From positions 1-64,000 of IMG/VR virus record IMGVR_UViG_3300025674_000019: a DNA stretch of 64,000 nt; one strand, given 5' to 3'. Each line of letters begins with the position of its first letter. Positions within the stretch are counted from its first letter, which is position 1. This stretch comes from a virus. The translations under genes were made by a program, and so were the position numbers. The notes below the pieces were generated by a model. That model was not told the origin of the DNA, did no database searches, and was given only the letters and a program-made list of their open reading frames with translations. Positions 8,931 to 18,391 of this stretch are shown piece after piece.

Positions 8931-11900
8931 ATGAAGACCGGTAAGGTTTGGAAAGAACTAGGTCCTGAAACATGGGCCTCAATACTAGCAGACACTAAGT
9001 CCACATCTATTACTACAAGTGGCGCAGTAGTAAAAGCCACATGCCCCTACCCGGACCATCATGATAACACCCCTAGCTTCTACATCAGAACCGACCTAGG
9101 TTTTGCTAAATGCTTCGGGTGTTCTAAATACTGCTCTAACCCTGTACAATTTCTAGCCGCCATAAAAGGCGTATCAGATGCAGAGGCATTCCTAGAGCTT
9201 AGGTCTCACGGGGCTAAGCTGCCTCAGAGCCTAGGAAAGAAGATCCGAGAGCAGGAGACTCGTAGGAAAATAAACGGAGAGATAGCTCTAGTGGCTAACT
9301 CCACGTTAGTATCTGCTGCTAAGAATAGGAAGAACCCTAGGTGGTCCTTCGCACAGAAGACTCTAGACTTTCTGGAATCTAGAGGCATACAAGCAGACCC
9401 TGCGCTTATCAGCCAGCTCCCTATCGGAGTTCTGCCTCCCTTTAGCGAGATAGAAAGAAGCTCCGAGCTTACCTGTAAGCCAGGTATAATGGAGTTCTTT
9501 AAGGGCTGGCTGCAAGATAGCTACAGTAACTTTGTAGGAGCCCTAGTCTTCTTCTACTATACAAGCCCCACAGAGATCTCCGGGTTTAGAATCAGGTATG
9601 AGTTCCTCAAGCCTGCTGTGTACAAAGACAAGCAGATCTTAGCTATAGGCCCAAAAGGGGACGATACTGAGATAGGGTTCTTTGGGCTGGGTAACTTTGC
9701 AGCAAAGATCGGTGGCAATCAAAGGGCTAAGAACCCGTGGAAAGCCTCTGATGCTCTGGTCGTAGAGGGAGAGTTCGACCTTCTATCCATACTTGTCAAA
9801 TATCACACAGTAGAGAAGGTTACCTTAGACCCTATCCTCTGCACTCAAGGCAGCCTGATGTCCAACCTGGACTCTGCTAAAACCTTGGGAATAGACAAGT
9901 TATACCTCTGCCTAGACAATCACCATAAAGACTCCGGTGGGCTGCTAAGGCTAAAAGAAGTCCTCTCGTCTACAAGCCTAGACTGTTACGTGTTTGATTG
10001 GACTCTGGATGTAAAAGACCCTGACGAAGCCGTGTCGTCCCTAGGGTGGGACGTAACTAAGGAGGCGATGTTCTCCTACGTCCGAGGAAAGAGAAAGAAC
10101 TTTACAAGAGCTGTGCGGTGGTGCGTAGATGTAGCTAAAGATGCTATAGATGCGTGCGACCCGGATGATCTTAGATCTATTCTCTCTGAGACCTCTGCTA
10201 TAGGAAAGTGCCTGCTTAATCCTTTGGATAACAGAGCGTTCGTCTCCACTGTAGCGGAGGAGACGGGGATCTCTAAAGCTTTACTGACAGAATCTATCCT
10301 GGGTAGAGCTGAGACAGAGAAGGGGTTTATCTATCGAACTGCTATGGAAGTTCGAGAGATATACGAGTTCATAGGTTTAGAGTTTGACAGCTCTCGTACT
10401 AACCTTCTCGTATGGCAAAAAGAGCACCGAAGGCTTAGGTCTATCGATGTGACTAAAGGCCTAGGAGACCTTATTTCTTCCATGTCCACAGACCTGGGCG
10501 CCCTTGTTTGCTGGGCGGAAGAAAACTTAGGGCTGCCTGACTTTGTTAAGTACACGGGAACCGGGGAAAAAAGAGTAGAGAACTCTCTCCTGCGGCAAAC
10601 TCAGCTTCAAGAGTCGTACCTAAGGCTGTCCTTAGCTGAGATCCTAAAAGTTACTCCTATGGCTGGGAACTTAAGAAAGTTCGGCCAGGGCGCTCACTAC
10701 GTAAACACTGGAGATAGTAGCTCCGACAAAGTCTTTAAATGGGTAGTAGTAAACGGGGATGCGGTATATGTATCCTCTCCGGTCACGGGAGAAGATCTTA
10801 CTTGGCAAGAGTACACAGAGCCTACCCTGGGAGATATCTACTTCGATCTAGATAAGAGGGCCTACTGGTCCGAAGAGCTCTCTACTGTGGCCGACTTAAA
10901 TAATGCTTCCACGGAAGAGCTCACAATCTCAGAGTGCTGGGAAACTGTCTTCAATATGCTGAAGGACGGGTGGACTATAGAAGAGGGCGACGCTGGTATG
11001 GAATACCTAACGAACGCCTTCTTCGTAAACACGATTAATACATGCGTAGGCAGGCATCTGTACACTATTATAAACGGAGAGAGGAGCACGGGTAAATCCT
11101 CCCTCGCAGAGCTTCTATGCAGCTCCAACTATGACTGGAGGCTGCTTGAGTGCGTGCACAGCTCTGATACTTACTCATCTGCAGGCGTTAGAAACTCTAT
11201 GGACGGCAGAGCCGGCGGGTACTTCTGTGATGAGTTCGAGCTAAGCCATAAGAATCCTAAGAGGTCTAAGGCTGTAACAGAGATCCTAAGCGATCAGAGA
11301 GGCCTAGTTCAAAAGTCTGAGCACGTAGTACAGCACGGGGCACCTGGGGGCGGTCAGCGTAGGTATGTACTTAAGTACCAAGCTTGGGCGTGCGCTATCG
11401 AGTCTTTAAGAGACCCTGCTGACATCAGCCGATACGTAAAGCTAAAGACCAAAAAGATAGAAGGAAAGACCTCTCCCAAGAAAACAATCTCTGATAAGTA
11501 TGGAGTAGAGGTTGTACGTAAATGCAGAAGGTTCTTAACTCTAGGTGTATACAAGTACGCTCCAGAGTTCCTTCAGAATATAAAAGAGCTTAAAGACGCT
11601 TTCCACGGGGATGGAACCTCTACCGAGGTAACCAAGCAGATGAAAGAGCTGCAAAAGCAAGCAGGAGGGCCGGTCCCCGGCCGCCTACTAGAGTCTGCTA
11701 TAATCACAGCAGCCATCGGCAAGCTTGCTGGTAGGAACCCTTTTAAGTACATCTCAGAGTTCGTGAGGAGCCAAAAGACCTCTATTAGCGTGATGACTGA
11801 CTCTGTTGAAAGTCGAGACCTACTCAGTGATATCCTCTCTAGTTCTGTGCGGTATCAAGAGATTGGTAATGTTACCGGAAAGGTAACCATACGCCATCTA

Positions 11901-12254
11901 CTGACAGACAGCACTGACAGGGAGCGTTTGGGGAGCTTAGGAGTAGGGTTAACCTATAAGGCCTACATGGATAAAAGGTCCTCTAAGAAAGTGCACCACT
12001 ACCTAGTGATCGAGTGGAACACTCTTCTCCTTAACCTACTAAGGCCCAATAAGCCTCAAGAGTACGGCAGGTACGAAACTGCCCAGAAGCTAAAGGCACG
12101 GCTATCCACAGACCCCTGCGCACTAGAGTGGTCAGACACTCTAAGAAAGCGCCTTGGGAGCAAAAAGAAGTTTGTGAAAGTCGGAGTTAAGTCTAGCGAT
12201 ATGACTATCTACGACCTTACACCTATGTTCGAGGACTGGGAAAATGATGATTAA
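8931..12254 (+). CDS. DNA primase (CHC2 zinc finger + TOPRIM) fused to a P-loop helicase-like domain
   Basis: CPYPDHHDNTPSF..KCFGC; VVEGEFD, LDN, KDPDE; C-terminal GERSTGKS and DEFE. Confidence 0.8.
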   Translation: MKTGKVWKELGPETWASILADTKSTSITTSGAVVKATCPYPDHHDNTPSFYIRTDLGFAKCFGCSKYCSNPVQFLAAIKGVSDAEAFLELRSHGAKLPQSLGKKIREQETRRKINGEIALVANSTLVSAAKNRKNPRWSFAQKTLDFLESRGIQADPALISQLPIGVLPPFSEIERSSELTCKPGIMEFFKGWLQDSYSNFVGALVFFYYTSPTEISGFRIRYEFLKPAVYKDKQILAIGPKGDDTEIGFFGLGNFAAKIGGNQRAKNPWKASDALVVEGEFDLLSILVKYHTVEKVTLDPILCTQGSLMSNLDSAKTLGIDKLYLCLDNHHKDSGGLLRLKEVLSSTSLDCYVFDWTLDVKDPDEAVSSLGWDVTKEAMFSYVRGKRKNFTRAVRWCVDVAKDAIDACDPDDLRSILSETSAIGKCLLNPLDNRAFVSTVAEETGISKALLTESILGRAETEKGFIYRTAMEVREIYEFIGLEFDSSRTNLLVWQKEHRRLRSIDVTKGLGDLISSMSTDLGALVCWAEENLGLPDFVKYTGTGEKRVENSLLRQTQLQESYLRLSLAEILKVTPMAGNLRKFGQGAHYVNTGDSSSDKVFKWVVVNGDAVYVSSPVTGEDLTWQEYTEPTLGDIYFDLDKRAYWSEELSTVADLNNASTEELTISECWETVFNMLKDGWTIEEGDAGMEYLTNAFFVNTINTCVGRHLYTIINGERSTGKSSLAELLCSSNYDWRLLECVHSSDTYSSAGVRNSMDGRAGGYFCDEFELSHKNPKRSKAVTEILSDQRGLVQKSEHVVQHGAPGGGQRRYVLKYQAWACAIESLRDPADISRYVKLKTKKIEGKTSPKKTISDKYGVEVVRKCRRFLTLGVYKYAPEFLQNIKELKDAFHGDGTSTEVTKQMKELQKQAGGPVPGRLLESAIITAAIGKLAGRNPFKYISEFVRSQKTSISVMTDSVESRDLLSDILSSSVRYQEIGNVTGKVTIRHLLTDSTDRERLGSLGVGLTYKAYMDKRSSKKVHHYLVIEWNTLLLNLLRPNKPQEYGRYETAQKLKARLSTDPCALEWSDTLRKRLGSKKKFVKVGVKSSDMTIYDLTPMFEDWENDD

Positions 12255-15200
12255 GCCATCCTCTTGTATGGGGTGCCCCCTATACGAGAGTAAATGCTAC
12301 GAGCCTGGAGGTATCTCCAGCAACTGTAAAACAGTGATCATGTCGAGCTGCCCTCCTAGCTGGGGGGGCCTGTTCACAGATAAAGGCGCTCAGCTTCTGA
12401 GAGGAGTAGTATACAACCTTATCCAGGAAGAGAGAGGTCAAGAAGTACAGCCGGTAACAGAGATGGCCGCATCTCTTCAGTATATGTACACTACTTACTG
12501 CCACTCAGAGTCTCTGGTAAAGAAAGAGATAGAGTACTGCAGAAACACACTAGGAATGCAGAAGCTATGTGATCTCTCTCCCGACATGATTATCTGCCTG
12601 GGAACAGAGCCGGCTGTATTCTTCCAGCTTCCTAAGGTAAACCAGAGAGATCTTCGTGGTAGGGTAATGGAGTACACCTTACCCACTGGGAAGAAAGTAA
12701 GCTTAGTGTTCACCCTAAGCTTGCATTATCTACTTGGCAGTCCCGGAGTGTACTCGCTTATAAAGGGAGATATCAGCCGAGCAGCTAAGATCCTAAAGGG
12801 CCTCCAAATGGAGCCCGTTGATCCGGAGAAGTTTAGGGATGTGTATGATATTCCTTGGACTCTCGAAGATGTAAAAGAGGCTTGCGCGGAGTACAGCTCC
12901 TACTCAGATGGAAAGCCAGTCTCCCAAACTCTTATGAGCTTAGATACAGAGACTAACACTCTCCATGCCTGGTGGCATGAGAGCAAAATCATCTCTGTCT
13001 CTGCAGGCTTCGGAAAGGGGAAGGCTCTTAGCTTTATGGTAGAGCATAAAGAGGCTCCTTACTCCCTAGAAGACGTAGCCCCGCACGTATTCAAAGTAAC
13101 TATGTCTGACCACCCTAAAGGCTGGTGGAACTATAAGTTCGACTTGAATATGTTCAGACACTCTCTTGTAAGAAGGGTAGAGGCCAGAATGACTCCCGGT
13201 CTTCTATCGGACATTGAGAGAGAAGTCGGAAAGCCTTGGTCTCAGATAAAAGAAGCCGGAGGTGTGTACAACACTCGTTGGGACGGGCTGCTGGGAGAGC
13301 ATATCCTAGATGAGGATAAAAACGGGTGGTACGGCTTAAAGACAGCTGTAGCTGACTATAAGTTTGAGCTGTACGGTTATGAGGACATGCTATCTACAGA
13401 GTTTAGTAAGATAGAGACTTCGGCTAAAGAAAGAGTGCAGAGCCAGCTAAGCTCAATGTCCTTAAAAGACTTGGGAGTAGCTTCACCTAACTACGCCGAC
13501 AGCGTTACTCCCTCTACTCTCAAAGAAGAGTATGAGAGCCTAAAGTCTGGAATGAAGAGAAAGCTCAAGAGGGCCAAGTCAAGAGGAGAAGAAATTAAAA
13601 CTCTTCGACTGCAAGACAAGATCTCTGAGGCTCAGCAGGAGTACAAGTCGCTTAAGTCGAGAGTAGATAAGGCTACCAAAAAAGAGACTGAGAAGTTCTA
13701 CGTCAAGAAGCCTAAGGTTGCCGGAGAGCCTACTCTTTACACGTATGAAGACCTTCCTGCCTCTACTCTTCTCCTATACGGCGCTATAGATGCTGATGCT
13801 ACGGCTGAGATATGCCTAGAGCAAAGAAGAAAAGTAGCTAAAGAAGACCCTAAGAGTGCAGCCGAGGCGTCTTCAAGAAAGAGAATGCTGAACCTAATGG
13901 ACCGGCACTACCTGCCTCTTACGGAAAGATTGGCCCTTATGCAGGTAGAGGGCGTATTTACTGACAAAGCTCACATAGAAGAGCTCAGGTCTCGGCTGAC
14001 TAATGATATAGAAGCCGTGGACTCTGAAATTAGGTCTAAGCTAGCGGAAGACTTTCCAAGCATGGATCTGACCTCTGTTAACCTTAACAGCGGGTCTCAG
14101 CTAGGTAATATAATCTTCGGATACTATGGCCTTCCAGTCCTAGAAGAGACAGAGAAGGGCGAGCCTAGCCTCACGGATTCGGTCCTGCAGAGGTATCACA
14201 AAGAGCACGGTAACTCTGTCGCTATGCTCGTCTCCAAGTACAGGAAGCTGAACAAAGCCCTGTCAGACTTTGTAGAGAAGCTAGACTATCTATCTGGCTA
14301 CGACTCTAGGCTTCACGGCAATATACACCTTAACGGAGCTAAGACCGGCCGTACCTCTTCCTCTGACCCTAACCTCCAAAACATCACTGAAAGAGTCGTG
14401 ATCACGGAGCCGGATGAAACCAAGTCAGAGTATGTTATTAAGAAGATTATTACAGCTTCACCTATAACAGACCCAGATAACCCAGGGTGGTCCTTTGGTC
14501 TTCCCAGAAGTTACTTCATGGATAAGTATAACTGGGAAGAAGGCGAAAAGCTTGTTGTAGTCGATGCAGATCTTAGTGGGGCCGAGGTTAAAGTAATGAC
14601 TCGGTTTGCGCCGGATAAAGGGCTAATAAAAGCCCTGACCGACGGGTTCGACGCCCACAGCTGGATAACCTCTGAGATCCACGGGATACCATACGAGGAT
14701 ATACAGACAAAGAGAAAGCTGGATACGGAAGAGGGTAAGCGCTTGGACAACCTGCGTGGCGGGACTAAAGGCGTTGTCTTTAAGATTCTCTACGGAGGTG
14801 AGCCAGACGATCAAGCACTAAAAGAGCTAATCTTTCAAAGATTTCCCGGCATTCCTAAGTACCTAGAAGAGGTCCGTAGGGCTGTGCATAGGGACGGTAA
14901 GGTGTTTACCCCTAATGGTAGGGCTAGAAGATTTCCTCTGGTTAAAGTAGATAGGTGGGTCGCTTCTCGTAATGAGCGACAGGCTATCAACTATAACATT
15001 CAAAGCTACTGCTCAGACATTGTCCTTAACATGCTCGTTAACCTGGCTAACAACATGCATGAAATTAGGGGCCGAATGATGCTTACAGTGCACGACTCAG
15101 TGGTTTTTGAGTGCCCTGAGTCTGAGGTTAGTAAGCTTCCTGACTTTCTGCAGAAGCACATCACAGAGCATATCTCTAATGAGTTCCCGGATATTCCAGT

Positions 15201-15306
15201 GCCTATGACCTTTGGGTACAAGATAGGATGGAACTACGGTGATATGTACTCACTAAAAGACTGGATAAATATGTCAAAAGATAGCGAACCTACTAAAGGA
15301 GTGTAG
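12244..15306 (+). CDS. polA: family A DNA polymerase with N-terminal UDG-like domain and 3'-5' exonuclease
   Basis: SLDTET, NYKFD, YGAIDA; TGRTSSSDPNLQNI, DADLSGAE, RGGTKGVVFKILYG, NYNIQS, TVHDS; N-terminal CxxC-P. Confidence 0.92.
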   Translation: MMIKPSSCMGCPLYESKCYEPGGISSNCKTVIMSSCPPSWGGLFTDKGAQLLRGVVYNLIQEERGQEVQPVTEMAASLQYMYTTYCHSESLVKKEIEYCRNTLGMQKLCDLSPDMIICLGTEPAVFFQLPKVNQRDLRGRVMEYTLPTGKKVSLVFTLSLHYLLGSPGVYSLIKGDISRAAKILKGLQMEPVDPEKFRDVYDIPWTLEDVKEACAEYSSYSDGKPVSQTLMSLDTETNTLHAWWHESKIISVSAGFGKGKALSFMVEHKEAPYSLEDVAPHVFKVTMSDHPKGWWNYKFDLNMFRHSLVRRVEARMTPGLLSDIEREVGKPWSQIKEAGGVYNTRWDGLLGEHILDEDKNGWYGLKTAVADYKFELYGYEDMLSTEFSKIETSAKERVQSQLSSMSLKDLGVASPNYADSVTPSTLKEEYESLKSGMKRKLKRAKSRGEEIKTLRLQDKISEAQQEYKSLKSRVDKATKKETEKFYVKKPKVAGEPTLYTYEDLPASTLLLYGAIDADATAEICLEQRRKVAKEDPKSAAEASSRKRMLNLMDRHYLPLTERLALMQVEGVFTDKAHIEELRSRLTNDIEAVDSEIRSKLAEDFPSMDLTSVNLNSGSQLGNIIFGYYGLPVLEETEKGEPSLTDSVLQRYHKEHGNSVAMLVSKYRKLNKALSDFVEKLDYLSGYDSRLHGNIHLNGAKTGRTSSSDPNLQNITERVVITEPDETKSEYVIKKIITASPITDPDNPGWSFGLPRSYFMDKYNWEEGEKLVVVDADLSGAEVKVMTRFAPDKGLIKALTDGFDAHSWITSEIHGIPYEDIQTKRKLDTEEGKRLDNLRGGTKGVVFKILYGGEPDDQALKELIFQRFPGIPKYLEEVRRAVHRDGKVFTPNGRARRFPLVKVDRWVASRNERQAINYNIQSYCSDIVLNMLVNLANNMHEIRGRMMLTVHDSVVFECPESEVSKLPDFLQKHITEHISNEFPDIPVPMTFGYKIGWNYGDMYSLKDWINMSKDSEPTKGV

Positions 15307-15395
15307 CTATCAAGATAGTACTTCCAAAGTCTAAAAAGAGCAGCTGTAAGCTGACGGGCTTCTTCAACGCCCTCTTCTTCTGGGTCACTATTATC

Positions 15396-15584
15396 GTGAC
15401 ATTCAAAGAATGGCTTAAGCATAAAAGCATTCAAGAAGCCAACTCTGCAGTGGTTAAGATTAACGGCAGAGAGATTAAAGCGTCCTCAGTCGAGATAAAA
15501 GATGGGCACATATACGTTGACGGAGTGTATGTGTGCCCATCTAAGGTAGAGAGCGTCTCCTTGAAAGATCCTAATAAAAGTTGA
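15396..15584 (+). CDS. small hypothetical protein, possibly extending upstream to about 15309
   Basis: Fills the gap between polA and terminase; the frame is open back to 15297. Confidence 0.45.
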   Translation: MTFKEWLKHKSIQEANSAVVKINGREIKASSVEIKDGHIYVDGVYVCPSKVESVSLKDPNKS

Positions 15585-17133
15585 GATCTTTCATCATGAC
15601 CTTAGCCGCCACCCATGCGAATACTTGAGCGTGAAAGGCGTCATCCGGGTTAGAAGGACTATGAGTCCAAATCTTCTTTCCTGATGGGGTAGTCTCTTCA
15701 TAGAGAGCCAGCATGTCCTTAAAGGCCATTCCCATCAAATCCCTAGAGAGGTACTTAACTCTCCGCTTCTTAATAGTCATCATATAGTTGTCTATAAGGG
15801 TGGTCTTATCTGCTAAGTACCTATCTACTCCATTCCACTTGAGCGGAGTTGCACTGGATCCGTATTGCAGCTGAGCCACCTTGGCTTTGCCGCTCACTTT
15901 TTTAGCTAGCAGCGAGTTAGCAAGGGCGCCCTCTCCCGCGTCTCCTACTATAAATGATGCTCCAAACTTGCTCATGTGCTTAGCTATGTCTTCAACTACT
16001 TCTACGGGGTTTTGATCTGGGTATATCTTAAACCACCTAGTTGTTACACTCCCTGCATGGTCTACCCCAAAGATCCATGCTGCAGTTCTAGACTTACCCT
16101 TAGTTCCTCCTCCGCTCCAGTCTATACCTCCGACTGTGCACATGAAGGGCCCTACAGGGGGCTTTTCAAATGATGCTAGGCCGCAACACTTATTGAGGTC
16201 TTCTATGGATAGCAGCCTAGTACCTAGAGAGTCACTTACCCCTAGTACCTCGTTCTTGAATTTAGACTCAGTGTACAGGTTCAACTTCTCTAGTATTCTG
16301 CCCCACCTGGTCTGGTCTTCTATGTTCTGCGGTAGTATTAGCTGAGGTACGTGGAATCCTTTCATCCTAAAAAAAGCGGGGTCGTCAGGGGTGGCGTCCT
16401 TAGGTATAGGGTGCATGTCCACCCAGCGCCCTTCTCTTGGGTTCACGTACTTGGAGCAGTGCAGGCACTCTATTCCCTTCTTTCCTATACCCTTTGTGGT
16501 TCTATAAAAGCTGTACTTACCGCATCCTGAGCACTTTACGCACCATTCGCTCTGTGTAGAGTTGTCCCACAGAAACTGTATAGTGTTCTCCATGGTAAGA
16601 GGGGTCCCCATATAGCTTGTGTATGCAAATGGAGAGTTAGCCAAGCACTCGTTAATAACAGGCACTACCTCATCGTAGATAATGTTCTGTACCTCATCGT
16701 AAACCACTCTATCCGCAGATATACCTCGCGCACGATCTGGATTATCTGTGGCATAAGAGAATAGAAGTTCGGAGCCGTTAGCTAGGATCTTCAGAAATAC
16801 GTTGTCTGAAGCTCCCGCTGCGAAAGCCTTAATGTCTGGGCTATGCCTGAGAATCTTTCCTACTCTCGTGGTAGAAAAGGTTGAGGTCTGCTTCAGCGAT
16901 GGGGATATGTACAAGGTCTTAAAGAAGGGCGTACATACCGCATCAACGATGCTAAAGCCCGCGGCTGATACGGATTTACCCACCTGTCGTCCGCACATCA
17001 AGATAGAGCTTCTATAATCACCAGAGTACAGCTGGTGGTAAAACGGGTAGTCTTGCAGGCTAAACCGAGAGCCATCTAGCCATAGTAAATTCTCGGCAAC
17101 ACTCAGTCTGGAGCTAGTAATAGTTATGTCCAA
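15571..17133 (-). CDS. terminase large subunit (GpA-like, with CxxC...CxxC)
   Basis: GRQVGKS, RARGISAD, YDEVQ, GTPLT; nuclease motifs GIDWSGG, DAG, PDDAFHA; likely TTG start at 17133 with GAGGT RBS. Confidence 0.88.
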   Translation of the reverse strand: MDITITSSRLSVAENLLWLDGSRFSLQDYPFYHQLYSGDYRSSILMCGRQVGKSVSAAGFSIVDAVCTPFFKTLYISPSLKQTSTFSTTRVGKILRHSPDIKAFAAGASDNVFLKILANGSELLFSYATDNPDRARGISADRVVYDEVQNIIYDEVVPVINECLANSPFAYTSYMGTPLTMENTIQFLWDNSTQSEWCVKCSGCGKYSFYRTTKGIGKKGIECLHCSKYVNPREGRWVDMHPIPKDATPDDPAFFRMKGFHVPQLILPQNIEDQTRWGRILEKLNLYTESKFKNEVLGVSDSLGTRLLSIEDLNKCCGLASFEKPPVGPFMCTVGGIDWSGGGTKGKSRTAAWIFGVDHAGSVTTRWFKIYPDQNPVEVVEDIAKHMSKFGASFIVGDAGEGALANSLLAKKVSGKAKVAQLQYGSSATPLKWNGVDRYLADKTTLIDNYMMTIKKRRVKYLSRDLMGMAFKDMLALYEETTPSGKKIWTHSPSNPDDAFHAQVFAWVAAKVMMKDLNFY

Positions 17134-18391
17134 GATTGATACCTCATCTAATAGAAACGGCGCTATTGCCGAATACTTCCAGTCTATGGGGATTCTTCCT
17201 ACAGGGGTGAGCACCCTGGCACCGATGATCTACATCAGCTGGAAAGCTGGGCTCGTACCAATGTTGGTTGGTGCTGCTGGCTCAGGCAAGACAGAGATTA
17301 TCAAACAACTCTGCAAGGTAACAGGGGCAGACCTGCTACACATCTTCGTAGCACACGTGGGGTCCGAGGAGATCAAGGGCCTCTTCTTCCGTAATGAAGA
17401 GTGCGATAAGACCTACAAAGTCTTAGTAAATGAGGAGATCCACGACGCCGTAAAGAAGGCTACTGACACGGGGACTCCTCTAGTAATCTTCCTCGACGAG
17501 CTGAATCGCGCAAGCGATCAAGATAGCCTAAATGCTATCTTCAGCATGATATCTAAGAGAGGTGTTCCGGGTATGGACTTCCCGGACAACATCCACTTCG
17601 TGGCGGCGGGTAACCCTCCCACAGGTAAGTACTCTGTGGCGCAGATGGCGGACGACGCGTTTGTTCGTCGCCTGCTATGGATGGGTGTTACGGTGGACCC
17701 GGCCTCCTGGCTAAAGTATGCAAGAGGAGAGAAGCTCTCCGTTAATCTCCCTGCGCCAAAGAAAGGCTTTGAGCTTGTAGAGCTGCCCCTTCACGCTAAG
17801 GTACAGAGCTACATCCAAGCTAGGCCGGACGACCTCTTTTCCGAAGCTATGGCCAATCAGGGCAAGCCTCACCCTAATCCTGCCTCGTGGACTAGGGTAT
17901 CTAACGTAGTAAAGACCCTTGAGGCGCACAAGGTCAAGTCTCCTCAAGTATTTAAGACCCTCATCTCCGGTCTGATTGGTGATGCTATCTGCAATGGCTT
18001 CTACGCTAGCTATATCGATGGGCGCTTGCACATCCCACCAGAGGATATTCTCGAAGGAGATTGGTCCAAGGTAGAGAAACGCCTGCGCACTATCAGGGAA
18101 GAGAATCGGCATGATCTTATGGGGGAGACGATTAAGGCCGTCTGCTTCAAGATCAAACTTGATAGGCCTGATGCTACCCCGGAGCTTGCTGGAAATCTGG
18201 TGTCCTTCCTCGATCAACTCACGGAGGACCAGCAAGGGACTTTCTCGTCTTTGCTAGGAGTGTCAGACATTCCAGAGAGCGAGAGACTAGCTTACCTGCA
18301 GTACAAGAGCTCCCTCACAAAAGAGATGCAAAAGGACAGCAGATTTATTAAGATCTCTACCAACCTTCTGGATCTTCAAGGAGCCGAATGA
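17126..18391 (+). CDS. MoxR-like AAA+ ATPase
   Basis: GAAGSGKT, IFLDELNRA, AAGNP, D.AFVRR, P.PASW. Confidence 0.85.
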   Translation: MSKIDTSSNRNGAIAEYFQSMGILPTGVSTLAPMIYISWKAGLVPMLVGAAGSGKTEIIKQLCKVTGADLLHIFVAHVGSEEIKGLFFRNEECDKTYKVLVNEEIHDAVKKATDTGTPLVIFLDELNRASDQDSLNAIFSMISKRGVPGMDFPDNIHFVAAGNPPTGKYSVAQMADDAFVRRLLWMGVTVDPASWLKYARGEKLSVNLPAPKKGFELVELPLHAKVQSYIQARPDDLFSEAMANQGKPHPNPASWTRVSNVVKTLEAHKVKSPQVFKTLISGLIGDAICNGFYASYIDGRLHIPPEDILEGDWSKVEKRLRTIREENRHDLMGETIKAVCFKIKLDRPDATPELAGNLVSFLDQLTEDQQGTFSSLLGVSDIPESERLAYLQYKSSLTKEMQKDSRFIKISTNLLDLQGAE

